Under the pieces are notes generated by a model that ran no database searches, had not been told where the DNA came from, and saw only the letters and a list, made by a program, of their open reading frames with translations. The position numbers and the translations under genes were made by a program. Positions 62,280-64,000 of a stretch of 64,000 nucleotides of DNA are shown here, piece by piece. Source of the stretch: Ginglymostoma cirratum (Eukaryota); NCBI GenBank assembly GCA_024137785.1, contig JAHRHZ010000098.1:26770044-26834043 (forward strand). Reading direction: 5' to 3'. Within the stretch, counting starts at the first letter, position 1, and the number at the start of each line of letters is the position of its first letter.

Positions 62280-63080
62280 GCTTGGATCAGACAAACCTTG
62301 ACATTGAGCCTTCCACTGGGGGCCTCGCTTCTTTCTTGTGCGGCCTGGGCACCTTTGTGTCCTGCCTCTTCTTCCTCCTCCTCCTCCATGACATGGTCCT
62401 CTTCCTCTAATGAGCTCTCAATCTCGTACATCACTGTCCTCCAATTCCAGGCCTCTCTAGAAGATCATGTTGTGAAGAAAGCAGCAGACCATCCCAACAA
62501 GTGAACCCCTGCTGGACTGTACTGTAGGACACCACACATTAATGGTGGTTCTTGTGAACAAGTAACTTCTGTTATTGTGCCTCTGAGCTTCTCACACAGA
62601 CTCATGCAAAGCTACCTCTTCAAGAGATATCCCCATACTTTGTGAAGGTGGTGGATGGCAGATGGGGGAGTGGGTAAGTGAGTGAGGTTAGCGAGGTGAG
62701 CAAGTAAGGTGATTGAGTGAGTGAGCAAGTAGTGAAAGCAAGTGTACAAGCAGGAATCTCTTGTTGGAGTTCATAGCCCAGCTTAACATCGCAGAAGAAG
62801 AAGGCCTCTCTATTGATGAATCTCACTCAGTGCAATTGATAATGCTCTGCACCCTGAGGATTTCAAGATCGAGACAAAACCCACTGCCCTCCAAGGCTCA
62901 ATCTGGAAATGATAGGACCATCCAACAGTCACTAAATGGGAATTAATGACCAGTGAGGCACAACGGTGCATAGCCATTTCTGAACCACTAACAAGCTGCT
63001 GGAAGAAGCTGAAATTTGCAAGTGTTCAACAGACACAGTGTCATTGATGGCTACTGGTAGGAAAAGGCAAGCACTGCTGT
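62280..63080 (-). mobile_element. Decayed PIF/Harbinger transposase
   Basis: Frameshifted motifs in the expected order on -: LPVAINDTVS (LPVAVKVT), AMHRC, RAVGF, RVQSIINCT (VQG.IDCTH), FINREAF (F.NRKG.HS), MVCCFLHN followed by an acidic tract. Confidence 0.65.
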
Positions 63081-64000
63081 AAAGTGAGTCATCTGAAATG
63101 AGGACACAGATTTTGGTGATAATCTGCCTGGGTCTCCTAAAGCAGTGGTTTTCTTGTGTATCCATAAAGTTCCACTATTAATGGGAGATCCCATGCTGAA
63201 AGTATAGCCTCTGCTGCCTTTTTGTTCATCCTTCTCTTCTGTCTTTCTCATGGCTCTGCCCTTCCTGCAAAGGACATTTATCCTTACCACCACTAGATCC
63301 AAAATTAAAGATACGTTCTCATTGCCAACAGTTGCCTTCCTTGAACTCAGGTGGACTCTCAATTGTGTTTGGAAGCTTTGCCTCCTTCTCCTATGTCCTC
63401 ATGGTTCCAGGAAAGTGCTGGCATCCTGCACTGCCACCCGTCTTTCACCTCAAACAAACCCAATGGTACCCGGATGCTGATGGCTAAGAATCCTTCACAG
63501 CCATTTTCTTTTTCAAAGGACCAACTTCTTTCCCTAGGGGTGGCCATAACTGACTGACTGGTCTGTGCTGCTCCCTCTATTTACCTTGTTGGACGGGGAG
63601 TGGAAAAGGATGGGATAAAGGCAAGTGGATGAGAAAGAGAAAATGGTATAGTGGTGCCATGTTCCTTCTCAGTGACTGAGTGGAGAGAAAGGAAAACAAT
63701 ACAAGAAGAGTTAACTTGATGTGAGAGTGACTTCTACCTCCAGTGGACTGAGTTTCTTCAACTGGGATAAATGTGTTCTGTTCAATGGGTGTAGATGCTG
63801 TTCATTGCGAAGAAAGTTTGAGATTTGTTGTTGGCATGATGGAGGTGTTACGCTATTGAGTTACATTCAAATTTTTTGCTTTACCATGAAGAGACTGGAT
63901 TCCAATATTGAAGCTGTCTCACTTCATTGAATGCTTCATCTTCACTTTCTTAGAATACAGTTAATGAAGTCTAGTGGCTGTGTTTTGATCTCAGCTCCCA

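Noticed and set aside
60830-64000. Search for upstream CLUH-like exons (expected V.EI.Q.L.D...TC.RTCFSL motif) and promoter
   Set aside because: No such motif or CpG island was found; these exons probably lie beyond the window.
1-64000. CRISPR arrays, operons or prokaryotic defence systems; the many 60-100 aa ORFs in the track
   Set aside because: The sequence is a spliced vertebrate locus with no regularly spaced repeat-spacer array; short ORFs are chance frames or transposon fragments.

Overview
Vertebrate genomic DNA, most likely shark: it carries HE1/V-SINE, DeuSINE, HER1/CR1 LINE and Penelope repeats typical of elasmobranchs. Two spliced protein-coding genes converge tail-to-tail. (1) The last four coding exons of SRRD (SRR1-like protein) lie on + at 172-5674; its last intron has U12 minor-spliceosome signals and a ~170-bp-arm inverted repeat 30 nt from the 5' splice site. 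(2) A CLUH-family gene (clustered mitochondria homolog) lies on - at 7566-60829; I read 23 coding exons, all with GT-AG introns and consistent phases (3512 coding nt, ~1170 aa, no internal stop seen). Its 5' exons were not found and probably lie beyond the window. It is divergent from canonical CLUH and sits next to SRRD, so it may be a second CLUH paralog. The introns hold many transposons: young Penelope insertions with 15-16 bp TSDs and a hammerhead-ribozyme core, a decayed Gypsy LTR element with a 5-bp TSD and a Penelope nested in its LTR, many CR1/L2 fragments, a LINE whose 5' and 3' ends are shared with short SINE-like copies, and a decayed Harbinger transposase. There is a 400-N assembly gap at 17640-18039. 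All homology calls come from recalled protein and repeat sequences, not from database searches.
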